Part shown: positions 15,848 through 28,655 of the stretch, one piece after another
Layout: each line of letters starts with the position of its first letter
How positions within the stretch are numbered: position 1 is the first letter of the stretch
Assembly: GCA_004022145.1 (NCBI GenBank)
Contig: RCNU01000002.1
Length of the DNA: 64,000 nucleotides
Strand: one strand, 5' to 3'
Origin: Paecilomyces variotii
Lineage: Eukaryota
Notes under the pieces: generated by a model
The model's database searches: none
Seen by the model: only the letters and a program-made list of their open reading frames with translations
Told to the model about the DNA's origin: nothing
Position numbers and translations under genes: made by a program

Positions 15848-17373
15848 TTACGCCTCTTTAAACGACACATTTACGCCTGGTTTTGTGTTGACGGTCAAGG
15901 AGCTAGAAAAGAAACATCAGTTTGTCAGCAGAACTCTCGCCAACGGTATCTAGATAGATAGCTTTCTTACAAGATATCCGGCCGTGAATAGCTACCGACA
16001 GGGTCGAAGTCCAACTGCGCGAGGTGGATTTTGATTAGTCCAGAGCAGAATATCTAACGCCGTTGGATTGAATTGAAACTCACCCGAGCCTCTACGATAT
16101 CGGACTTGTTCAACGTTGCGAGTATTATTTCCTCTTTGTCCCACACTGGCTGTGAGACAAAGGTGCCAAGAGGCCCAACCACGCAGGAACCGCCATGACT
16201 CAGGATGTCGTCTGGCTCCCATCGAGACCCATCGGGCTTGCGGTCGTGGTGCTCCGGTGTAAAAGGGGGGTAGTCAGAAGGGAAATCGGATACCTTGCGA
16301 AGAAAAGTCGGATTAGCGAGGGATCTCTTTTCTCCCTGGCTCTCAAAACAAGAAAAGATTTAAGGAGGCCAGAAGGGGGGGACGAAGAGATTACAAACCT
16401 TGCAGAACTGGTTTACTGAAATAACAAAGCATCGCCCTTCTTTCGCAATATGCTGCATTGTTGCGATCCAGCTTGGCAGGTCGTCGGCATTGGGGGCGAT
16501 GTATATTCTGACCATTGAGTAAGGTTGCGGTCTCGCGAGGTCAAGTGTCAAAAAGGGGGAAGGGGACTCACTCGATCCCTTGTTGGTACAATGCCAGGCG
16601 CGCAGCAGGCATGTAATTCTCCCAACTAAATGGATTATCAGAATAAGCCATATAAGCATGACAAAAAACAAAATAAAGGAATGGTTTTGTTACCAGATGA
16701 GCCCTCCGACTTTGCCAATATCAGTGTCGACGACATCCAACCCGTCACCGGCGCCTCTACCCCAAACCAACCGTTCAGCCGCCGTTGGGATCAACTAAGA
16801 ATCCATCAATCAATATGTCAAAGCTAACAGAAGGTATATAGGTAGGTATTGTATACTTTGCGATGTCGGCTCAAGACGGCACCGTCGCGACCCAGAAGCA
16901 ACGCTGTGCAGTAGAGAGTCCCGCCGTCTTTTTCTATAATTCCCACTGAAAGGTAAACGTTGTTTTCCTTGGCTATCTCACATAACTGATCCATTTCTAC
17001 CGAAGGAATGGCAACAGCTGAGTTGTAGTATTTAGCATACCACTTGCGGCCTGCTTCCGGTATTAGGCTGGCAAACACTTTCACGATAGAACGCGGGGTC
17101 CACACGAACCTCGAGGCTCTCGCGCGCCAATTGTTGCATCAAAAGCGTACCTCCATGGATAGGCCGACAGGAAACCCTCCCTAAGACCCCTTAGCTGCCA
17201 ATTTTCGCAAAATTCGAGGGGGCGAAAACGCACGGGAAAACGACGAGGTTAGCTCCTGCTGCTGCTGCTTTCGAGGTAAACTCGGCCACTTTCTGTATGC
17301 TTTTTGGCAAATCAAATGAGACAGGAGCAGCTTGGATAGCTGCAACCACGATGCTGTCGGACAATTGAGACAT
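15848..17373 (-). CDS. Nitrilase (carbon-nitrogen hydrolase, branch 1), about 8 exons
   Basis: Spliced Glu-Lys-Cys triad: [23 protein letters not shown] and GGLIC-WENYMP, with the Cys codon split by an intron. Also [19 protein letters not shown] and [15 protein letters not shown]. Stop at 15848. Confidence 0.92.
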
Positions 17374-17896
17374 GTTGTTCGGGGTGGATTTCGTCTGTGT
17401 CGGGCGCCGATATCCTGTCATATGGAAAATATAAGGGAATAATAGAGACGGCTATGGTATGCTATTTTAAATAGCACGCGAAACGAAGGAAAGAGAGAAG
17501 AAGAAACAGAAGACTTGAAACCTCTGGGAATGCCGGTAAAAGGTGCAAATAGTTTCCATTGGCTCCGCGGTGATACTGATAGATATCTCGGGGCTTATCA
17601 GGAACGAAGATCAACTAAACCCGATGAACGGGCTTTGCAAGGCGAATCAGCAAACGCCGAATGAACAGCCCAGTATTACGTATCGCTAATTGTTCCATTC
17701 TATACAAACTGTTAACAATGGGGATATTCGCCCTTGTACAACATGAAATAAAACATAAGAAATATGCAGTGGAAGGTATTCTGCCATCCACGCAATCACC
17801 CATCTACGACGTTGCTCTTAGAAGACAGCTATTATGGCTATCGGCAAGTTTGAGATCCTCCCGGATATGCTTTTTACTTCTATAGACAGGACTAAT

Positions 17897-19296
17897 ATGA
17901 GCTTAATAGCACTTGACTACAAACCAGAGCAGCAAAATCCTTTTACAGAGCTCATCTCTGGTCAGCGCATCGCACTGATCCCGTCTTTAACACTTGAGTC
18001 CGGGCATGTGCTGAAGTCGTGCCAGGTGGCCTACAAGACCTGGGGCCAGCTCAATTCCACCCGTGACAATGTGCTGGTAATCTGTCACGCATTATCTGGG
18101 AGCAGTGATGTTGCAGATTGGTGGGCGCCTCTCATGGGCCCAGGGAAAGCCTTCGACTATACCCGGTTCTTTATTTTTTGCGGAAATGCGCTCGGATCGC
18201 CATATGGAAGCTCATCGCCCTTGACAATAAATGTTGACACTGGACTGCCATATGGCCCTGAATTCCCACCCACCAGCATTAGGGATGATGTAATGTGCGT
18301 ACTGAAATGGATATCCCCAAGTGTACTATATACGGGACTTTCGTTGCTAACTTCTTCCGCGGAAGAGCCCAGAAGTTAGTTCTCGATGCATTGGGCGTTT
18401 CGTCCGTCGCTGCAGTGATTGGAGGGTCCATGGGAGGCATGACAACGATCGAGTGGCCTCTCTGTACGCCGCCCGGCTTCGTTAGGACAATTATCCCTAT
18501 TGGAACCTCAGTTGCTCAGAGCGCTTGGGGGATTTCATGGTCTGAGGTCCAGAGGAGATGTATTCGCTCAGATCCTCTGTTCCGTGACGGTTACTATGAA
18601 CCAAACCAGCAGCCGACATCCGGTCTTGCGACAGCGCGCATGGTGGCTATGTTAACCTACCGTTCAGGGGAGAGTTTCGAGAAGCGATTTGGCAGAAAAC
18701 CGTCCAGCCAAACTAAGTGTTTAACACCACCTGCAGAGCCAGCAGCATGTAACGGCTCATCATCTAAACTGCCAGTGAAACCACCATCACCGGCCTTGGG
18801 CAACTCGACTATGAGGCAGTTTTCTGCACAGGAATATCTCGACTACCAAGGAGCCAAGTTTCTGCGTCGTTTTGACGCAAACTGCTATTTACACTTGATC
18901 CATAAAATGGATATGCACGATATTCGGCGTGGTCGAGTCCCTGAAGACTGTCATCTCTGTTCGAATGGCGAGGGAACGCTTCCAGACAACATCACGGCCA
19001 AAGTACTGTCCCGCGTACCGCCGCATGCCTTGGTCATTGGCATCGATTCTGATGTTCTTTTTCTCCCTGACCAACAATACCACCTGGCCGCTTGCCTTCC
19101 AGACGCCACCTTGACGATGCTCAAGTCGTCGGACGGACACGATGCATTTCTGCTTGAGTTCGAACAGTTGAATCATCTGATTATTGACAGGCTGAAATGG
19201 TTATTTCCAGCCATGTACGAAGGATTCACGGAGAGAGTAGCTGAGGTTGACATGCCCAATTCGACGAATAAAATCAGTGTGGGTGAGCTGGACTGA
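17897..19296 (+). CDS. Homoserine O-acetyltransferase (MET2-like, alpha/beta hydrolase fold)
   Basis: Motifs VICHALSG, NALGSPYG, GPEFP..IRDD, nucleophile GGSMGG, GLATARMVAMLTYRS, RFDANCY, GIDSDVLF and DGHDAFLLE. One intron near 18291-18362. An alternative upstream in-frame ATG lies at 17834. Confidence 0.93.
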
Positions 19297-19507
19297 TGGA
19301 GACGGCCCAGAATTCGAATACTGTGTGCATATACCTAGGCAGATGAACATCGTACCACACATGGGTTAGGACTTTAATAAGAAATGGATTGTGTGACATT
19401 GGTTCCACCGCACCTGAGTGAATGATCTATCTATGCTACTCAACCCCGTACCAAAAACCCTTCCCGGCATTCGTTCTCACAGCAACTTAATGAAAGAAGA
19501 ACCCACT

Positions 19508-19798
19508 TCACCCTTCTTCTTCAATCACCTCCAGGATCTCTACCTCGCTCTTCTTCTTCATCCATAACTCTCGTACACGACCCCTCTTTTCAATCTTCCA
19601 TTTCGTACTCGACGCCCTCTGTCCAGAACACGACGTCTCAGATCGCGAGGAACCATAACGTTGCAAAATGGTACCATCGTTGCGTGGCCAGTGCTTTTCG
19701 GGTATCTTTTGTCGAGAAGAATATGGTTTTCTGTGCTGGAGACCATAGAGGAGACCGAGTGTCCCTAGGATGGGAAGGACGATAATAAGGTGGTTCAT
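19508..19798 (-). CDS. Hypothetical small protein with N-terminal hydrophobic anchor
   Basis: ATG-started ORF of about 96 aa (MNHLIIVLPILGTLGLLYGL..). No family recognised. Confidence 0.3.
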   Translation of the reverse strand: MNHLIIVLPILGTLGLLYGLQHRKPYSSRQKIPEKHWPRNDGTILQRYGSSRSETSCSGQRASSTKWKIEKRGRVRELWMKKKSEVEILEVIEEEG

Positions 19799-21263
19799 GG
19801 TCTTATGTTTTGTCTTTCTGGAAAGGTGTGATTTCTGATTATTATTTGGCAGTTTGGGATATTTTATATGCAGATATAAATGGCTGCATGTGGGGAGAGA
19901 ATATTTAGCACCTTGTCCTTGATGAAAAATCAATGAGACAGGTTTACTTTCCATTGCTGACACCAGTCTTTGTGATGCCATAGAAAGGCTTCTGAGGCGA
20001 TACTGGATTGTCCGCGATAAAGACCAGCCTTCCTGGGAACATCTTTTGTCACTTGCGACCTGTATTATCCTTTGTATTCACTCTAAAAGGCGTATGTCAG
20101 TGCTAATCATTGCTAGGTAGTTCTGGAACATTATCCCCCTTCATGCCAATATCCTTTTACCTCCTGATCGAACTTCCCTTACAACCTATCCTAGAGAACC
20201 TAGCTTTCACAACAATCGACTTTCTCTTCGGTACGATCCTTTGAATCGTCATTCCCCCCTCGCAGCATCACCACTACCCTCTACAGCACTACTCTCCGAT
20301 GGCACAGACTTAGCCTGATCTTCCATTTCTATTACTGCTTCTGTTCTTTTAGACCCTGTGCCATCGCTCCCTTAGACTCGCTCCGTCCGACTGCTTCCTA
20401 TCAAACGCCCATTGCAAGATCTTCTTTCTGGATCATTGAGATCCCGTGTACCTGGTGGACCACGGCTGATTTCTATATGACCACAAGGGTTCCAGGTGAC
20501 AAGGACGGGAGCCCGAGAATACTGAAGGGTAGACACTTCTGAAGCTTCTGGCATTGCGTTTAAGGTCCTTCTTTAAGACAGACTATGAAGTAGCGAGCGG
20601 AATGGGGACACGTTTAGGGGAAGTTATCAAAATAGCGACGATAGATGGAGGCTATAGAATGCAGAGATTCATGTTTAAGGGATAGAATCCGTGGAACTCG
20701 ACGTATGATTGAGTATTGGGGTCTGATTAAAATAGCAGTCTTTGTCGAATAATCCAATATTGTGATTCCAGGCAGAATCGACAGGGTTAGTGTGTAGCAT
20801 GGCTGATACCCGTAGGAACGGCACTTGACAGAGAGAAGCGCTATGTTTTGGAGAAATATCAACAAGTACCATCTTACTATACCCCTCACAACTGAAGCGA
20901 ACTATCGGGATATACCGATATGGATCACGGGAATATGACAGAAGGAGATCAGCCTATTGTTTATAATTCTGACAGCCGCCTGGATTGCTTATTCCCATAC
21001 TATGCGGATCAATCTGTGAATACTACATCTTTATGTGCCCATGAGCTACGGAATCTACATCGGGCGAGTACCAGAATACGTTATAGGCAGCCTGGATAAT
21101 GCACAAATCTTAAATTTGATATTCATTTGTCCTATCTCCCATCTGTAAAATATTGCCCCGGTGGGCCCCAGACATCATGATCCGGATTCCTAATCGACAA
21201 AAACTTTAGTACTGTATAAGTCATTCGTCATGTCAGGGGATCAACACACCTCAAGAGAGTCTC

Positions 21264-21623
21264 CTATTCAGCCCACTGCCATTCCATGGGATCAACCATC
21301 TTGACATTGTTCTTAAAGACGCGCCGAAACCACGCCTTTGCCTTGTACCGGATGGATCTTTCGTACTTCCTCCTGGAGATGTACTCGAAGGACATCTTGG
21401 CTGCACAGCTGGGGCATGGCATGTTGCGCTTCCAGATATGCGGGACGTAGATCAAGGTCGGAATACGAGGGTAGTACATGCAAATATGACCACAGGAGAA
21501 ATGATGCTCGACAAAACGTTCGAAATGGCTGTCTGGGAGTTGACGAGTGCCCATGCGACGGAGACGATGTTCGTCGAAGGATGAAGGGGTGGACCGAGCA
21601 CTTGTCTCTAGTCCGATAGGCAT
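21264..21623 (-). CDS. Hypothetical small Cys/His protein (C-x-H ... CxxC)
   Basis: ATG-started ORF of about 119 aa containing HFSCGH and PCPSC. Confidence 0.45.
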   Translation of the reverse strand: MPIGLETSARSTPSSFDEHRLRRMGTRQLPDSHFERFVEHHFSCGHICMYYPRIPTLIYVPHIWKRNMPCPSCAAKMSFEYISRRKYERSIRYKAKAWFRRVFKNNVKMVDPMEWQWAE

Positions 21624-22452
21624 GGCGAGAGAGTTTTGATCTTGATCTTGTGGGATTTTCAAAGATTTGATCTGTTCAAGCAGCAGGGAGAATGAGTAGG
21701 TGTCCGAGGAAGAGCTCCGGAGCAAAAAATGAGAGACAGAGATGCTATGGTTAACTCCTCACACTGGACGCTACCCTGTCGGCATGGCGATGGACGACAT
21801 CATCATGGTAAATAACGAGCCAATGTGTTACCTGAAGAGACAGGGGGCATGTCTAATGAGGTGAGCAGTCTTAAAAGCACCTTCACAGGGATGTGAGGAG
21901 GGTTCTTTCAAAGGAAAATGAAGAATTACAGTCTAGTCTGAGATAATGACTGGGTTTATCAGTTACAACTACAGAGATGTGTCCTAGAGCAAGAGATGGA
22001 GTATCAAATAGACATTGTTTATTGCCGCTATCTAAAAGCAAGGCAAACAAGTCAAGCTTCGATGGAATTCCAACTCGCCATCCATATGGCATTCCTTAGG
22101 TACAAACAGTAAAGCTGGCATCGGTTCCCCAATCGATATCTCAAGGCCAAATTCGTGCGGGAGGGCCGAATTGTAGAACCGATATTCAAATCGTGTCCAC
22201 CGAACCAAAGCTGTTGAGTACAGGTTGATGTTATTTTTTTTGTTCCGTTTTCTTGCTTTTTTTTGTTTTCTTCTTTTTTTTCGTTTTTTTCTTTTGTCTG
22301 TGTTCTTCAGAATCTGCCGACTTGAGGAAGCCGGTAGTCAGCAAAGTCCTTAGATATCTTATATCCAGGAACCAGAAATGAAGAAACTTACGAGGAATAA
22401 CCGTAGTCAGAAAGGAGGATAAATCTTCGGACTGCTCCAGTACTCCATCGTC

Positions 22453-22962
22453 TCACTTCTTAACCGGAGAGCCAGCGTCGTGAGCAGACAGATCCTTGCT
22501 AGCATCACCTTCCTCGGATCCATCGTCCTCATCGTCCTCGCCGACGTCAAGCTCAGCATCGGTATAGAAGATCGATTCCCAATCTTCCTTCGGTTCAGTG
22601 CTCGCGGCACCTTCCTTGCTGAACATGCTCGTCATGAAATTGTCAGTCTGATCGGTCCCGGTGTCTTTCTTCATAACTCGCTTCACGCGTGGCTGGACGC
22701 CCGTAGAAACAGAAATGGTCGTCTGAGGGCACCCATTGATAACGCACTTCGGGCAATTAGCGATAAGCATGTTGTTTGAAACAACGAGGCTGGAGTAGAT
22801 TTTGTTCTCCTTGCATTTCAATGCCTGGCGAAGGGTCTTGGAGTCACGCTGGGCGAGACTGGTCCCAGATTCTCCGAGAGCCTCTGGCTCGAAGCAGACA
22901 TCGATTTCCCATTTATCAACGTGCTTGCAGTTGGTGTAGCTGTAGACTGTGTGACGGCACAT
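22453..22962 (-). CDS. Hypothetical Cys/His protein (MC..Y..CKH ... CPKC) with acidic tail
   Basis: 169 aa ORF whose pattern resembles small fungal putative Zn-binding proteins starting with MC. Confidence 0.55.
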   Translation of the reverse strand: MCRHTVYSYTNCKHVDKWEIDVCFEPEALGESGTSLAQRDSKTLRQALKCKENKIYSSLVVSNNMLIANCPKCVINGCPQTTISVSTGVQPRVKRVMKKDTGTDQTDNFMTSMFSKEGAASTEPKEDWESIFYTDAELDVGEDDEDDGSEEGDASKDLSAHDAGSPVKK

Positions 22963-23661
22963 GGTGATGATAAGGAACGTATGCGGTTGCTGGGATCTAT
23001 AAAAGAAAGCCTGTTTTTGGGGTTTATCTCAACTTGGAAGGAAAAGATACTAAAGGAGTGACAGTGGATGATAAGAAAGAGCAAGCTTTAACATCGAGCG
23101 TGTGAGGATTTGAAGAACATGTTTCGTGGGTCACCTGTCATGTCAACAACGACTAAGCGCATGCCGACTAAGCGGCGATGTCATAGAACGTGCCGGAAAG
23201 AAGAGAAAGACAGATCTGGAGTGAACAAGAGAAGGGTTACACATATAACTAACTTTATGCCTTAGAACGTGCGGGCATGTCTGCCCTTCAGGCGGGCCCG
23301 GTATAGCTATCCTATAAATCTTTATGTGGAGGCAGTATAGATCCAGCAGACATATGGATATAAGTATGAAGTGTAGGAGGGAATGCAACTGGGCCAAGTT
23401 ACAATTATCAACGGATAGACCACAGCCATGGCACCAGATACTATTGATTAGATTTTGAAAGTCTCTAAGGACAGAACTACAATCTTATTCTCATAATTCC
23501 TATTCAAGTAGTCGGCATGCCCCGAACTTCAAGACAATATCCAAGAGACGACATAAAAGGAAAGATATGCAGAGCCCAAGAAAGAATCGCATCTACTTTC
23601 ACTCGAGACAGCAGACCTCCAAATAAAAATTCAAGTCTTACTCCCTGATATCAATCATTTC

Positions 23662-24045
23662 TCAAGCCCCTAAACCACCGCCAAACACCATGCCCGCTCT
23701 GGCAACCAGGAACCCGCATAGAGTAATAAGAGACTTCCAATTCAAGCCGCTCTTCATGTTCCAACCGTTCAGTGAGTTTGCAGCATTATGATATCCACCG
23801 CCTCCAGACCCATAGCCTCCTCCCCCACGCCCGCATGCGCCGCACCTGCCGCCACCTCTGAGTTCAGGTTCGGGGCTTGGTGTTGCTGAGAAGTCATCGG
23901 TACTCTTGATCCCATCACTGAACTCAAGAAGTCTATCGTTGTGGTTGTTGTGATTGGCAGTGTATGGAGGAGTCGGCAGGACAATAGCTCGTGTGCTGGT
24001 AGGTGGTATGGTTGTATATCCGGCAACAGAATGTCCCGTAGTCAT
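23662..24045 (-). CDS. Hypothetical Gly-rich protein with C-terminal hydrophobic segment
   Basis: ORF with ELRGGGRCGACGRGGGG and a hydrophobic C-terminus. The start is uncertain. Confidence 0.35.
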   Translation of the reverse strand: MTTGHSVAGYTTIPPTSTRAIVLPTPPYTANHNNHNDRLLEFSDGIKSTDDFSATPSPEPELRGGGRCGACGRGGGGYGSGGGGYHNAANSLNGWNMKSGLNWKSLITLCGFLVARAGMVFGGGLGA

Positions 24046-24958
24046 TGGGACCCTGAATGACAGAGACACAGAGGAAGACATTATAGGACTGAGAAGATTA
24101 CTGGTAGTGGCAGTCGTCTTGCTTCAGGATGGCTGGCTCAAGGGACTTCCAGAAGGAAAGAAGGCTTGATTGAGAAACTATCTCCTGACCAGATGTAGCT
24201 TGAAGTAGTTCAATTATTTGATTCGAAGCGGCGATGGGGGTTCAAGAGGGAGATATATCCCCCATAAATAGGCAGCATCCGAAACAGTCAAGGCAAATTC
24301 AATCATCAAAGTGAGCAATAAACAAAATAACCTGTAGAGCCACCCTGTGCCTGTATTTGTTCTTTGTGAATGCTGTTTCTCCTTTGTCGGGAATGGCAAT
24401 CGTTGGATATCCTTTGTTTCACGTACTTCCCGTGAATCTTCAAGCAAACAGAGAATTCCTCTAAGATCACCACCTGGAACATACTAGGAGAGGGTTATCA
24501 TCTGTGGATGCTGTATATTCCCTAAGAGGAATTCTACTAAGCCAACCGGAGCAAGTAATTAGACAGATTGATATATAGGCCTATTTAACTGACCTACTAG
24601 ATATCCTCTAGTCCTGTTATATTAGATAGTTCTCCAAGAAAAAAGCAATTCTCTGCGATCTAACTCCATTAGCGCCCAGATAGTCCGCTGTATTAAATCG
24701 CCCACTAATCCTGTTGTACAGGCGGAACGAAAGTCTGAACAATATAGAGGGATCGATTCTCTCTGAAACGCAGAACTATCGCAGAAAATCAAGAGCCTCT
24801 CGCAGTATTTTCGTCAGTGTACCCCTCTGCGTTTAGCCAAGCCAACAGGCCCCAAGACTGCTTCAATCGATCACCGCCGTAATGTCGGTCTTTATAAACC
24901 AGCCAAGTAACGTGACTTCGATAATATATGTCTCTCACATTTGATGACTTCCGCCAAA

Positions 24959-25177
24959 TTATCCATCTTCAGCAGCCTTGATTGCTTTCCGGGCCAACCA
25001 TCTTCGATATAGGAACAGAGCGAGGAAACCGCATGCGACGAGGAAGACAATACAGAAAACGAGAACGACTCCGGGCTCTCTGGCTGCCCAGTTATGACGA
25101 TGATGACGACGTCTACTGAGGTCAGGGCCACCGACACCAGGGACAGTTGCATGTTCGATAAGACTGATAGCAGCCAT
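24959..25177 (-). CDS. Small single-pass membrane protein (conserved fungal hypothetical type)
   Basis: 72 aa with NWAAREPGVVLVFCIVF..LFLYRRW, i.e. one TM helix followed by basic residues. Confidence 0.6.
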   Translation of the reverse strand: MAAISLIEHATVPGVGGPDLSRRRHHRHNWAAREPGVVLVFCIVFLVACGFLALFLYRRWLARKAIKAAEDG

Positions 25178-26861
25178 AGCGAGGTTGGTAGAGGAAGGCT
25201 GTGGAGAAATGATGGTTAGAAATGATACTTAAATCGGGTTAATGTATCCAACCGACTGAGAGCTAACGGGTTATTGTACAGTGATTATCGTGAGGAGCAG
25301 ATATGGTGTGAGCATCTGCCAGGTTCAGAACGACCTAAACCGATATATGCAAGGCTTCAACGACAAAACTGCTGGGATAGAGGACAACGACTCGCAATGG
25401 AAGTTGAGATCGAATGACATGGGGGGAACGAACCTGCTGTAGCTCCGATCAATCCCTCCGAGGACACACTCCGTTGGATGAACAGCAGCACTTGACGCGA
25501 GGCTTTACTTGAGGGGAACGGACGGGAGTGTGATGGAAGAGGATTGAAGAAACTACGTGGGCAGGAGAACTCATCGAGCCAGAGACTACCTAGGTAGATG
25601 GTGCAGATGCTGACCGGCTACTAGCAAATCTTCCTTGGATTGGCAGCATCCAGACCGGGGTATTCCATGGCTAGATTTCTTCTCTTCCGGGGTGCACGCA
25701 AGTCTTACGATCGGGTGATGGACATGGATAATTACTAGAATATCGTATAGTTAGGTAGGTATCATGAGCTTTTCGTATGTGGCTACATACACCAAAGACT
25801 TCTCGTCCCCTTGTTACCAAAGATCCGTATGCTCAGATTGGAATGACTGAAATTGTTTACTTATAAGCAGAAAATTCCATCGTTAATTGTCCTCAAGCCG
25901 TCAACGATGCCGAAGAAGTATGTAATCCAGCTCAAGCTCCAGCTCCAGCTACCCCGCAAACCACTCAAGCTTCCCGCATGAAGCTCCATCAAACGGCGTC
26001 CACCCAGCCCTACCGAAGCCGAAGTACTACTATGGTATGTTTTCGCAAGACCCCAAATCAATACAACCGGAGAGAGAAACAACGTATACGGGTAACTATG
26101 TTCACATTTTCATCCTCAGCGCGCCTTGATTCTACAAAGACATCGGGTCTCATTCTGGTGTCCGACCGCATCCGCCAACCATGGTTCTGTCTCTAGGAAG
26201 CTTTTCGCGTGCTAGAAATCGCAGCGAATTTGAAACCACACATAAAGCGACACTGGAACCAGACGGAAGCCAATTCAGGTGGAGAACTCATCTTCTGCGT
26301 CATTACTGGATCATCCACCGAAGAAGCTCCATCGTAGAGGAACAATGGGAGTGTTCAAGTACGACAATCGAGGTACTCGTGCGGATCGACAATCTCACTT
26401 TAAGCATTGTCTCTGACGGCTAAATTGACTATGGTGATTCGCTAGAATCACCATGACTATCCCCTGGGATTGTGAGCATGAGCCTACGGAGTAGATAGGC
26501 TGGCATGGACCGGATGTGGTGCATGCAGACCAGGATACTGACAAGGCTCGGATGCGTTAATAATATGTTATCCCACTTGTTTGCTTAGACGGGCAGAGGA
26601 AAACCAGACATCGTTTGAGTGTTTCTCTATGGCTCATGTTGTTCGTATCGTCTTGACTTCACATACATAGTCAACTCAAAGAAAATAACGCAAAACTCCA
26701 GATGCATATGCATGTCTATCTATTATGCCACGAAAAAAGGAAAAATCTTTGTTATTCGGCCCCTTCCATCAATAATGCAGGTCATATGGGCGTAATCGTC
26801 GTAGACCAAATCCTCCTCTATTCAAAGCTTTATTTGCGGGTTCAACACTGACATTAATCCA

Positions 26862-28655
26862 TTACTTTCTCAACACTTTCTTCGTCGCCCACTCCTGCAT
26901 ATTGAGACCTCTCTTCGCAATAAGAAATGTCAGAGCGCCACCGAGCATAAACATTGCGGAGCCTGTTTGAATAGAAAAGTTAGTCCGCGGACGTAGGATA
27001 TTAAATAAGGCGGAATCAGCAACGGGGTTAATGTCGCTTACATATAGTAAATGTCCATCCTGCACCGATACTATTAATCATAGGAACGACGGCCGCACTC
27101 GCACTCGCGCCGAAGATATACTGAATCACATATTTCCCGCTGATGACTTCAGTCTTGTGAGCTGGAAGGACCTCTGTAGTTGCAATAGAATGTTTAGTTA
27201 GAGCTTGCTCGAGGGGGAAGGGGTCGTTATTTACGTTAACGTACCAGCTGTATAAGTATTCAATCCATTAAAAGTCCCCATCAGACCCCAACCGGCGAAA
27301 AAGGCACTAATTATCGGAACAGGCATTCCACCCACACCCTCCTGTAAGGTCCAGCCGTAGATCAGGGTTGCGGCAGGTAGCATGGTCAGAACCCATAGTA
27401 GACCGCTATGCAGTCGGTCTTGTGGTATTCGGACGCCGTTACGCTTCTTGATGTATCTCTTTACGGTCCGATCTGACAATCTGCCACCGACGAGGCTTCC
27501 CACTAAGAAACCGGCGCCAGGGGCAAGGTAGAATAGACCACTAATCAGAGCCGTTGTGAGATTAAACCGAGGACCGAAGATGCTCCGTACAGATGTGAGC
27601 AGGGAATATTGGAAGAAGGCGAGTAATCCACAGGTGAAATCCTGGTTGTGTTTCTGTTAACTGCAGGACTCTCATCATCATTGTGGCTCAGAGCGAAGCA
27701 AGTACGTACGGCGAAGAAGATGTTCGGATACACGAAGAAAGTGAACACACGGATGGGGTTCATTGCGTAAAGAACCGATAATAGCGACGTGGGAGGTTCT
27801 TTCTTTTCAGAATCTGATGTTTCGACGCTGTTTATCTTTTCGATATCCGGGACGAAAAACACCGCCATGACAAAACTCAGTGCGGCCATTCCGAGCTGTA
27901 CCCAGAAGATGACTCGCCAGTGGGCGAAAGTGACGATGACTCCGCCAATACAGGGAGCTATATTGCGTTAATTCTCTATCATGATCCGTGGAAAGCTATC
28001 TTCTCACCAATAGCAGGACCGCTCACAGAGCCGGCCATGAAGAATCCCACGGCGGTGCCTCGGACAAGCTGGCCCTCATATCAGCATGTGCTTGACTTCG
28101 AAAGATTGTACAACCATTGATTCGCGTTCGCATACGTACAGGAGGGAAGATATCAGCCAAGATAGACTGGCCGGCAACCATAAAGTACGTGCCAGTGAAA
28201 CCGGACAGGATACGCATTGCGGTAAACATTGCCATGTTGATCGACAACGCGGTACCGATCGAGCAGAGACAAAGAAACATGACAGCGCAATTGTACGCCC
28301 ATCTGCGACCAATCAGTCTGCCAATTGGGATCCAGAATAGCGACGAGAAACCCATTGCTATCAGAACGCCCGAATTGGTGGCGGCTATCTTCTCGCTGGT
28401 TGTCGAGAACTCCTCGGCGATCTCAGGCATTGCAGTGAGAAAGGCTGTGCTGAAAAATGTAATCACGAAAGTCATCCAGCTGACGGTGAACAGAATTACA
28501 TATCGACGCCATTTCGGCAGCCTGAATGATGGCTTATCGAGCATGTTCCCGGCCGGAGCCTGGGGGCGTTCCGGATTCAAGCTGGCCAGAGCATCCTTCG
28601 TCCCCGGTGTGCTTGGTGGACTCAGACTGTCGCATGAGGGTGTTTGAACAGTCAT
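26862..28655 (-). CDS. MFS transporter, DHA1-like drug:H+ antiporter (Dtr1/Qdr-like), multi-exon
   Basis: Motifs [55 protein letters not shown] and PQDRL, with multiple hydrophobic segments. Confidence 0.85.

Noticed and set aside
17563-17570. CTCCGCGG matching the NirA consensus in the nitrilase promoter
   Set aside because: It is a single copy and the same 8-mer occurs at 175-182 upstream of GPI10, so chance is likely.
26431-26454. 10-bp hairpin ATGGTGATTC-gcta-GAATCACCAT
   Set aside because: Isolated and intergenic, with no second copy or associated element seen.
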